From an uncultured Bacilli bacterium (GTDB lineage Bacteria; Bacillota_I; Bacilli_A; RF39; UBA660), in the NCBI GenBank assembly GCA_947632265.1, contig CANROP010000030.1:1-13620 (forward strand): 13,620 nucleotides of DNA. Direction: 5' to 3'. This document shows, piece by piece, positions 6,670 to 13,065 of this stretch (the stretch's first letter is position 1; every line of letters begins with the position of its first letter). A program made the position numbers and the translations under genes. Below the pieces are notes generated by a model. The model was given only the letters and a program-made list of their open reading frames with translations, did not search any database and was not told the origin of the DNA.

Positions 6670-6807
6670 ATAAAGAATGATAATTCCAATAATAACAATA
6701 CCTATTCCTAAAAATACAAAACTTATTTCATCAAAAAGTATTATAGACAACAATATAAATAAAATACTAAGAAATAACAAATATTTTATCAAATTATTCT
6801 TTTCCAT
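6655..6807 (-). CDS. Unlisted 50-aa small membrane protein (two hydrophobic segments)
   Basis: Hand translation of the minus strand gives MEKNNLIKYLLFLSILFILLSIILFDEISFVFLGIGIVIIGIIILYKLNH, stop TGA (6655-6657). The RBS GGAGTGAG is a few nt upstream of ATG (6807-6805). It is followed by the hairpin plus T-run above. It is absent from the ORF track, presumably because of a length cut-off. Confidence 0.45.
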   Translation of the reverse strand: MEKNNLIKYLLFLSILFILLSIILFDEISFVFLGIGIVIIGIIILYKLNH

Positions 6808-6951
6808 AATCTCACTCCAATTACATTTTACAAAAAAAATAATAATTAATCAATAAATAAGCCAAAAGTCTTAAAAATATGGGTATTAATTTACACCTTT
6901 TTTTTTAGTTAGAATACATTATTATAGAAATAATGAAAGGGTGGATTATAT

Positions 6952-7401
6952 ATGTGCAATAACAATAATAATAACAACGAAGAAAGTTGCCGTTGCATAG
7001 CAGAAATCCTTACAGTTATAAATGTATTACAACAAAATGCAAATTGTTGCGGTGATACTTGCTTAGAAACTTGTGATAGAGGATTTCTTGGATGTGGAAC
7101 TACAACTTTAGGATGTAACACAAGACCAGTAGTATTATATACATGTTGTGGTAACGGTACTCCTTGGAGTATGCCAACAACAAGAGAAAACGTAGTATGT
7201 GGAGAACCAGGAGCAGTATGCTCAAACGTATTTAGAGTTGAAAAAATAGATGGTTGCTGTGCAACATTTAGAGTTTTAGCAGAAAATCCTGATACTACAT
7301 CTTTATATCCTTATGTAGCAACTAATTCATTTTTCACAATGAATCTTAATTGCTGCTGTGTATTAAGATGCTTACCAGATACTTATGTAGAATGTATATA
7401 G
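6952..7401 (+). CDS. Cysteine-rich spore coat/exosporium protein of the CotY/CotZ/ExsY family
   Basis: 149 aa with 20 Cys. VFRVEKIDGCCATFRVL and NLNCCCVLRCL resemble B. subtilis CotZ segments FFRVERVHGSCATLSLL and DLDCFCAINCL (recalled). RBS AGGGTGGA; a good intrinsic terminator lies downstream. There is an N-terminal run of 7 Asn. Confidence 0.8.
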   Translation: MCNNNNNNNEESCRCIAEILTVINVLQQNANCCGDTCLETCDRGFLGCGTTTLGCNTRPVVLYTCCGNGTPWSMPTTRENVVCGEPGAVCSNVFRVEKIDGCCATFRVLAENPDTTSLYPYVATNSFFTMNLNCCCVLRCLPDTYVECI

Positions 7402-7410
7402 TAATTTCTT

Positions 7411-7440
7411 AGACTGTTGATAATTCAATAGTCTTTTTTG
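7411..7440 (+). terminator. Rho-independent terminator of the CotZ-like gene
   Basis: The stem AGACTGTTG (7411-7419) / CAATAGTCT (7426-7434) is 9 bp including one G-U. The loop is 6 nt (ATAATT) and is followed by T5. It starts 10 nt after the stop codon. Confidence 0.7.
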
Positions 7441-7450
7441 TATTGAAATA

Positions 7451-7474
7451 AAATAAAAAATGCCATTAGTGGCA
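7451..7474 (-). terminator. Candidate intrinsic terminator of the minus-strand 103-aa gene
   Basis: TGCCA-TTAG-TGGCA hairpin (7461-7474), 13 nt past the stop at 7488. On the minus strand it is followed by TTTTTTATTT. The stem is only 5 bp, so it is weak. Confidence 0.4.
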
Positions 7475-7487
7475 CTTATATCAAAGT

Positions 7488-7799
7488 TTATTTTTGACTT
7501 TGTTTAGATTTTATGTCTACAATATCTGCAATCGGAATAAGTTCATTATCCATAGTTATTATGTAATTTTTATTTCTGCCTATGATTCGCTTAGTAACCT
7601 TTTTATCCTTTAAAGTTATCTCTACATTAGCTTTATAGACATAATTTGGTGATGAAAATATCTCATTAATCTTTTGTAGTATAGTTCTATCATCAGTTTT
7701 TTCTTCTTCTTGATAAGAATTATTACTATAGTATACATTTCTATTATTCTCAATCTTTTTATCTATCTTACTTCGAAATACTTTAGGTAAATCTTTCAT
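7488..7799 (-). CDS. Small hypothetical protein, possibly spore-coat associated (CotO-like C-terminal pattern, tentative)
   Basis: 103-aa ORF with a perfect RBS context GAGGTGATTTAATG and a downstream hairpin. It is divergent from the LysM gene and adjacent to the CotZ-like gene. The function call rests only on context and a vague resemblance of the C-terminal VEITLKDKKVTKRIIGRNKNYIITMDNELIPIADIVDI segment to CotO-type proteins. Confidence 0.6.
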   Translation of the reverse strand: MKDLPKVFRSKIDKKIENNRNVYYSNNSYQEEEKTDDRTILQKINEIFSSPNYVYKANVEITLKDKKVTKRIIGRNKNYIITMDNELIPIADIVDIKSKQSQK

Positions 7800-7885
7800 T
7801 AAATCACCTCTATTAAAGTATATTAATATATTTTAATAATAGAACTTAATAGTATATTTATCATATATTATATTGAGGTGATTTA

Positions 7886-8347
7886 ATGTATACAATATAT
7901 CAGGTAGAATATGGAGATACTATAGATAGAATAGCAAACAAAACCAATACAACAAGTGATAATATAAAGAATTTAAATGGATTTAATAGCGATTCAGATT
8001 TAGTTGTAGGTAGTTTAATAATAGTACCTAAAACTAGTGGCCAAATATTCGATAGATACAGAGTAAAACAAGGAGATACTATTTATGGAATAGCTAGAAT
8101 GTATGACGTAAAGCCAGAAACATTATTACTTCTTAATGGTTTAAATAAAAATGATTATATATATCCAAATCAAGAATTGACAGTGCCAGCTAAAGGTATA
8201 GATATATATGTAACAAAAGAAGGAGATACTATAGAAGCAATTATGAATAATTTAGGTGTTGATGCAACTACATTCGCTATAGAAAATGGAAGAGTATTTG
8301 TAATGCCAGATCAATTAATAGTACATAAAAAAGAGGAAAATAATTAA
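7886..8347 (+). CDS. Protein with three LysM repeats (peptidoglycan-binding; spore-coat/cortex-associated type plausible)
   Basis: Three copies of the LysM pattern: YQVEYGDTIDRIANKTNTTSDNIKNLNG...LIIVP, YRVKQGDTIYGIARMYDVKPETLLLLNGL...QELTVP, and YVTKEGDTIEAIMNNLGVDATTFAIENG...QLIV. RBS GAGGTGAT is 3 nt before the ATG. No signal peptide is visible. Confidence 0.85.
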   Translation: MYTIYQVEYGDTIDRIANKTNTTSDNIKNLNGFNSDSDLVVGSLIIVPKTSGQIFDRYRVKQGDTIYGIARMYDVKPETLLLLNGLNKNDYIYPNQELTVPAKGIDIYVTKEGDTIEAIMNNLGVDATTFAIENGRVFVMPDQLIVHKKEENN

Positions 8348-8405
8348 ATACTCTTTTTTTTTACTTAGAAATAAGTTATAATTATTATACGAAGGAGAGT
8401 AAGAT

Positions 8406-9368
8406 ATGCAGGAAAATTTAAGCAATTCAAATGCTTTTAGTGTATTAAAAATATATGGAGAAGATTTAACTAGTAAAAAATATATAACAAATCCAGCAAT
8501 CGCACGTGATGAAGAATTAAAAAAACTTATGATGGTTTTATTAACTCCAGAGAAGTCTGCTTTATTAATAGGAAAAGCTGGTGTAGGAAAAACTTCTATC
8601 GTAGAAGGCCTTGCATATAGAATACTTAATAATACAGTACCTCAAGCACTTGAAGGATATAGAGTTATAAAAATAAACTCATCATCCTTAACAGGAAAAA
8701 TATTACTTAACGGCAGAGAAGAATTAGTAGTAACACTACTTATGGAAGAATTACAAAACTTAGAAAAAATCATAATTTTTATAGATGAAATACATACATT
8801 AATAGGTAGTCATGAAAATTCAATGGATCTAGCAAACATCCTGAAGCCAGCAATCGATAGAGGTGCGGTAAAATTAATAGGTGCGACAACGGATATAGAA
8901 TATAATACTTATATTATAAGAGATAGAGCATTCTTAAGAAGATTTGAAAAAATAAATGTAGAAGAACCAAGCGAGGAAACAACTGTAGAAATACTTTTAA
9001 AAAGTCTACCCAAAATAGAAGCTTCAACGGGTGCGAAATTTAAATACAACGAATACATAACAAAAATGTTATTAGAATCTATAGTAAGTGCAACTAGTGA
9101 ATATAAAAGAGTGTATGGACTTGGGGCAATGTACCCAGATATCGCTTTTTCAGTTTTAACAGCTGCATTTTCAGAAGCAATATTTCAAAATAGAAACGAA
9201 GTAAATGTATTAGATGTTTATAACGCAATAAAAAATAGCAAAAGAATATACCCTGATTCTATTGTAAGAGAGTTAAATGCATTTAAAGAAAAATTTAAGG
9301 ATATATGCATGGAAGAGGGCATAGTATTAAAAGATGTTGATATATCAGAACTTGGTAGTATTGAATAA
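8406..9368 (+). CDS. Stand-alone Clp/Hsp100 D1-type AAA+ module (no N-domain, no D2)
   Basis: The 320 aa align by eye to the ClpC/ClpB D1 region. Matches include GEDLT...NPAIARDEELKKLMMVL, Walker A GKAGVGKTS followed by IVEGLAYRI, Walker B IIFIDEIHTLIG, ANILKPAIDRGAVKLIGATT and RDRAFLRRFEKINVEEPS. RBS GAAGGAGAG. Confidence 0.85.
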   Translation: MQENLSNSNAFSVLKIYGEDLTSKKYITNPAIARDEELKKLMMVLLTPEKSALLIGKAGVGKTSIVEGLAYRILNNTVPQALEGYRVIKINSSSLTGKILLNGREELVVTLLMEELQNLEKIIIFIDEIHTLIGSHENSMDLANILKPAIDRGAVKLIGATTDIEYNTYIIRDRAFLRRFEKINVEEPSEETTVEILLKSLPKIEASTGAKFKYNEYITKMLLESIVSATSEYKRVYGLGAMYPDIAFSVLTAAFSEAIFQNRNEVNVLDVYNAIKNSKRIYPDSIVRELNAFKEKFKDICMEEGIVLKDVDISELGSIE

Positions 9369-9389
9369 AATTGAACGGAGCTGAACTAT

Positions 9390-9860
9390 ATGAGAGTTAT
9401 ACCTAAAAAAAATTATTTTATTTTGATTATACTTGTAGCAGCAACCATTTTTTTAACTTTGTTTTTATCAAAAATTTATATAAATAAAAATAGAAAAGTT
9501 TCAGATTTTTATAGTTACTCAAATAAAATAACTGTAGAAGGATTTAAAGAATATATAAATGAAAATCAAGAAGCAATAATATATATATCTGATAAATACG
9601 ATTTAAAACATGAATCATTCGAATCAAAATTTAAATCTAATATAGATAATTTAAATTTAAAAAATAAGGTTATTTTTATCGAACAAAGCGATATAGATTA
9701 TGATTATAAAAATAAATTAAAAGAAGATTACAATATAGATTTAGATTTAAGTAGATATCCTATATTAATAGTAATAATTGATAACAAACTTGTAAGTATG
9801 GATTATATTGATGATAATTCTAATGCAGATACAATAATAGATTATAGCGATTTTGAATAG
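9390..9860 (+). CDS. Hypothetical N-terminally membrane-anchored protein (Cys-free thioredoxin-fold-like pattern)
   Basis: 156-aa ORF 21 nt after the Clp-like gene, with GGAG 9 nt upstream. One N-terminal TM helix (YFILIILVAATIFLTLFL) is followed by a beta-alpha-beta ... YP-beta-beta layout (AIIYISD / VIFIEQ / YPILIVIIDNKLV). There are no cysteines. Confidence 0.7.
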   Translation: MRVIPKKNYFILIILVAATIFLTLFLSKIYINKNRKVSDFYSYSNKITVEGFKEYINENQEAIIYISDKYDLKHESFESKFKSNIDNLNLKNKVIFIEQSDIDYDYKNKLKEDYNIDLDLSRYPILIVIIDNKLVSMDYIDDNSNADTIIDYSDFE

Positions 9861-9871
9861 AAGGTGATTGC

Positions 9872-10381
9872 TTGATAAACGTAGTATTATACGAACCAGA
9901 AATACCACAAAATACAGGAAATATAATGAGAACGTGTGCGGGAACTTATACTAAACTACATTTAATTAAACCATTAGGTTTTTCACTTAGCGATAGATAT
10001 TTAAAGAGAAGTGGAGTAAATTACATAGATTATTGTGATTATGAACTTTATGAAGACTATGAAGATTTTTTAAATAAGAATCAAGATGGAGAATTTTATT
10101 ATTTAACTAGATATGGTAAAAGGCCACATAGTTCAGTAGATTTTAGTGATAGAACTAAAAATATATATTTAATTTTTGGTAAAGAAAGTACGGGAATACC
10201 TAAAGAAATACTTTCTAAACATTTAGATAGATGCCTAAGGATTCCTACTAATTCTAATATCAGAGCTCTTAATTTATCTAATTGTGTCGCACTCGTATTA
10301 TTTGAAGTTTTAAGACAACAAGATTATCCAAATCTTTCAAAGGTTGAAACTATAAAAGGTGCAGATTATTTAGAAAAATAA
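9872..10381 (+). CDS. trmL: tRNA (cytidine/uridine-2'-O-)-methyltransferase TrmL (SpoU/TrmH family, YibK type)
   Basis: TTG start with GGTGAT (9863-9868) 3 nt upstream. [25 protein letters not shown]...[11 protein letters not shown]...IPT..[21 protein letters not shown] closely parallels E. coli TrmL ([24 protein letters not shown]...MFGPETRGLP...RSMNLSNAVSVVVYEAWRQ) as recalled. Confidence 0.9.
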   Translation: [169 protein letters not shown]

Positions 10382-10390
10382 CAAAATATG

Positions 10391-10419
10391 TTGAATTTAT
10401 TTTATAAAAATGATATTAT
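10391..10419 (+). promoter_or_regulatory. Sigma-A-type promoter candidate for the acidic membrane protein gene
   Basis: -35 TTGAAT (10391-10396), 17-nt spacer ending TGa, -10 TATTAT (10414-10419). The track's ATG at 10410 lies inside this promoter, which supports the downstream start at 10443. Confidence 0.5.
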
Positions 10420-10442
10420 ATATTAAGAATAGGGAGGGAGTT

Positions 10443-11288
10443 ATGACCGAATTTTTAAACTTTATAAACTCAAATTATCTATGGCTTTTAGGGGGAGCAA
10501 TTATAACTCTTCTTGCCATTATAGGATATTATGCTGATAAGACTAATTTTGGACAAGGTAAAAGAATAGAAACTATAGATGAAACTAAGGATGAAAAACC
10601 AGTATATGAAAATAAGACTTTAGTAGATTTAATTCAAAATAATTCTGAAGTTAAAGGTGATTTTGAAGAAAATGAATCACTTGATAATACTATAGAATCA
10701 AATAGTGATGTTAAGTTAGATGATATTGTAGGTAAAGAAGTAGAAGATACTAAAGAAAATAAAGAAGTACCAAATACTTTAGAATCTTTAGATAACAAAG
10801 AGTATAAGCTATCAAGTGAGCAACAGGGAAATTTAAACTTAAAAGAATCTAGTGAAGAAAATATGTATGAATCTTTAGAAGATAAAGTATATGAACCATC
10901 ACCTAATGTGATAAAAGGCTCTGATAATGTAGAAATACCTAAATATAATGAAGAATTATCTAAAAATGATGATGCAATAGAAAATGCAGAATCTTTATTC
11001 GAACAAGAGCCAGAAAAAGAAGATACAAACATATCTAATAAACTAGAAGATAATACAGAAAGTGAAAGCAAAATAGATAAAGAATTTGATGAGCTAGATG
11101 AAGCATTTAGTGAAGTAGTACCAGAAGAAAAAATAATTAATGATGAATTGTTAGATGATATTGATGATATGTCTTTAGATGAAGATTTAGATTATAAAAT
11201 AACTAACATACCAGATTTAGATGATGTAGAGTTACCAAAAATATCATCATTTAGAAAAAATAATGATGAAGATATTTGGAAATTTTAA
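10443..11288 (+). CDS. Membrane-anchored, highly acidic low-complexity protein (hypothetical)
   Basis: I prefer ATG 10443 (RBS AGGGAGGGAG just upstream) over 10410. An N-terminal TM helix (YLWLLGGAIITLLAIIGYYA) is followed by ~250 aa dominated by E/D/N/K/S with no recognisable domain. A bidirectional hairpin lies downstream. Confidence 0.7.
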   Translation: MTEFLNFINSNYLWLLGGAIITLLAIIGYYADKTNFGQGKRIETIDETKDEKPVYENKTLVDLIQNNSEVKGDFEENESLDNTIESNSDVKLDDIVGKEVEDTKENKEVPNTLESLDNKEYKLSSEQQGNLNLKESSEENMYESLEDKVYEPSPNVIKGSDNVEIPKYNEELSKNDDAIENAESLFEQEPEKEDTNISNKLEDNTESESKIDKEFDELDEAFSEVVPEEKIINDELLDDIDDMSLDEDLDYKITNIPDLDDVELPKISSFRKNNDEDIWKF

Positions 11289-11300
11289 AAAATATTAAAA

Positions 11301-11319
11301 AAGTAAACACTGTTTACTT
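11301..11319. terminator. Bidirectional intrinsic terminator between convergent genes
   Basis: AAGTAAAC-ACT-GTTTACTT: an 8-bp stem (extendable by A-T pairs) with a 3-nt loop, flanked by an A-run upstream and a T-run downstream, so it reads as hairpin plus U-tract on both strands. It overlaps the stop codon (11314-11316) of the minus-strand gene. Confidence 0.5.
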
Positions 11320-11622
11320 TTTATTGTTAGTTGATAATTCTATTATTAAATTAATATCATCATCATCAGCCATAATATTTTTATGTACTATATTACACTT
11401 TTTACATTTATAAATTATTTTATAAGTATCTTTAAATTTCTCTATACCAATAGGTTCTAACATACCTTGGCATTTATTAGCTCTATCGCCTGGATTTATA
11501 TCTACATGCTTTGAATATAAGCAAAATGGGCAGTGATCACGTGCACTATACTTAAGTTTATCTACTTCTTTTAAACAGTTTTCACAAATAAAGTTTTCAT
11601 CTAACATATTAAACTTTTTCAT
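11314..11622 (-). CDS. RNHCP domain-containing zinc-ribbon protein
   Basis: 102 aa with CENC...RDHCPFCLYSKHVD...C...CKKC. The RDHCPFCLYSKHVD stretch matches the eponymous RNHCP motif (Pfam RNHCP domain, recalled). Confidence 0.8.
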   Translation of the reverse strand: MKKFNMLDENFICENCLKEVDKLKYSARDHCPFCLYSKHVDINPGDRANKCQGMLEPIGIEKFKDTYKIIYKCKKCNIVHKNIMADDDDINLIIELSTNNKK

Positions 11623-11799
11623 AATAACTATGCATTCCTTTCAATATTTTTTAATAAAAGTAAAAAAATTTTATCAATTTATCACATAATAATTATATAA
11701 TTTAATGTGTTAAAAGTAAATTGTATTATAGACTTTTCTTCTATCTTGTGATATATTTTATTCTGTAATACATTTTAGAAAGAATGGAGGATTAAACTC

Positions 11800-12996
11800 A
11801 TGAAAGAACAATCAAAAAAGTTTTCCACATCAGAAACAATAATACTAGTAATCATGTCTTTATTAATAGGATTTGTATTAGGAGATATTTTAACTAGTAG
11901 TAATTCTAAAAATTATAATAAATCTAATGATAAGTATTTACAGGAATTAATCGATAATTATGAATATGTAATAGATAATTATTATGAAGAAATAAATAAA
12001 CAAGATCTAGTTAATGGAGCAATAAGTGGTATGATGGAATCTTTAGATGACCCTTATTCAATGTATTTTAACGAAAATGAAACTGATAATTTCTCTATTA
12101 CATTAAAGGGAAGTTATAGTGGAATAGGAGTACAAATTGGTAAAGAAGAAGATACTGGATATATGTTAATAAGCACAGTATTTAAAAATTCTTCTGCAGC
12201 AAATGCAGGAATAAAAGTTGGAGATAAAGTAGTTTCCATAGATGGAACTTCAGTAGTAGATTTGACAATAAAAGAGTTTGGAGATATAGTAAAGAATAGC
12301 GATAAAACAGAATTTGAATTAGAAATATTAAGAGATAAAAAAACATTAAAAATAAAAGTTAAAAAAAATGAAGTAACTTTAAATTCAGTAACGTCAGAAA
12401 CATATAAACGAGGGAATAAAAAAATAGGCTATATATATATAGGAATATTTGCGAAAAATACCTATGAACAATTTAAGAATGAATTAGAAAAACTTGAAAG
12501 TGAAAATATCGATTCTCTAATAATAGATGTAAGAAGTAATACAGGGGGATATTTAACAGCAGTTGATAGCATCCTAGATTTATTCCTTAATTCAAATCAA
12601 ATTATGTATAAATTTGATCAAAATGGCAAAATTACAACAACATATGGGCATGGGGACGAGTCAAAAAAATATGAAATAGTATTATTAGGAGATTCAATAA
12701 GTGCATCAGCATCAGAGGTTTTAATAGCTGGTCTAAAAGAAAATTTAAATTCAAAATTAATAGGAGAAAAAACATATGGCAAGGGTACTGTTCAAGAATT
12801 AGTTAAATTATCCGATGGAACACAGTATAAAATAACAATAAAAAAATGGTTGACTCCACTTGGCAATTGGATTAACGATACTAAAGGTATAGAACCAGAT
12901 ATCGAAGTTAAATTAGATTCTAAATATTATGAAACATATGAAGATGAAGATGATAATCAATTGCAAAAAGCATTAGAGTATTTGGAAAGTATTTAA
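11800..12996 (+). CDS. S41 family C-terminal processing peptidase (Ctp/Prc-like) with N-terminal membrane anchor and PDZ domain
   Basis: 398 aa, with RBS GGAGG upstream. It has a TM helix (IILVIMSLLIGFVLGDIL), a PDZ-like segment (GIGVQIG...NSSAANAGIKVGDKVVSIDG), the catalytic Ser motif SISASASEVLIAGLK and the Lys motif TYGKGTVQ. Confidence 0.9.
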   Translation: MKEQSKKFSTSETIILVIMSLLIGFVLGDILTSSNSKNYNKSNDKYLQELIDNYEYVIDNYYEEINKQDLVNGAISGMMESLDDPYSMYFNENETDNFSITLKGSYSGIGVQIGKEEDTGYMLISTVFKNSSAANAGIKVGDKVVSIDGTSVVDLTIKEFGDIVKNSDKTEFELEILRDKKTLKIKVKKNEVTLNSVTSETYKRGNKKIGYIYIGIFAKNTYEQFKNELEKLESENIDSLIIDVRSNTGGYLTAVDSILDLFLNSNQIMYKFDQNGKITTTYGHGDESKKYEIVLLGDSISASASEVLIAGLKENLNSKLIGEKTYGKGTVQELVKLSDGTQYKITIKKWLTPLGNWINDTKGIEPDIEVKLDSKYYETYEDEDDNQLQKALEYLESI

Positions 12997-13013
12997 TTAC
13001 TTTCTATTTTTTT
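12985..13013 (+). terminator. Candidate intrinsic terminator of the S41 peptidase gene
   Basis: GAAAGTA (12985-12991) / TACTTTC (12998-13004): a 7-bp stem whose 6-nt loop contains the TAA stop, followed by TATTTTTTT. The stem is AU-rich, so stability is modest. Confidence 0.4.
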
Positions 13014-13065
13014 GTTAGGTAGATATTTTAAAATAAATATGCTATAATTTATGCAGGTGATCTAT

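Noticed and set aside
6894-6951. Possible sigma-K/sigma-E promoter upstream of the CotZ-like gene (ACACC ... ACATTATTATAG)
   Set aside because: The candidate -10 (CATTATTAT) mismatches the CATAnnnTA consensus at three key positions. I could not find a convincing AC-N16/17-CATA arrangement, so no promoter is called.
6958-6978. Poly-Asn codon run as a slipped-strand phase-variation tract
   Set aside because: The codons alternate AAT/AAC irregularly (aat aac aat aat aat aac aac). This is not a perfect homopolymer or short tandem repeat, and any slippage by 3 nt would stay in frame.
6909-7121. 70-aa minus-strand ORF overlapping the CotZ-like gene
   Set aside because: It is antisense to a gene with a strong family signature, an RBS and a terminator. 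It contains an LLLLLL run that mirrors the poly-Asn codons.
8327-8362. AAAAAGAG ... CTCTTTTT pairing after the LysM gene as a terminator
   Set aside because: The stem is weak and AU-rich with a 15-nt loop. It is indistinguishable from chance in this composition.
10634-11071. 145-aa minus-strand ORF inside the acidic-protein gene
   Set aside because: The Ser/Leu/Phe-rich product is the mirror image of the GAA/GAT-rich sense frame. It has no RBS. The sense ORF has a promoter, RBS, TM helix and terminator.
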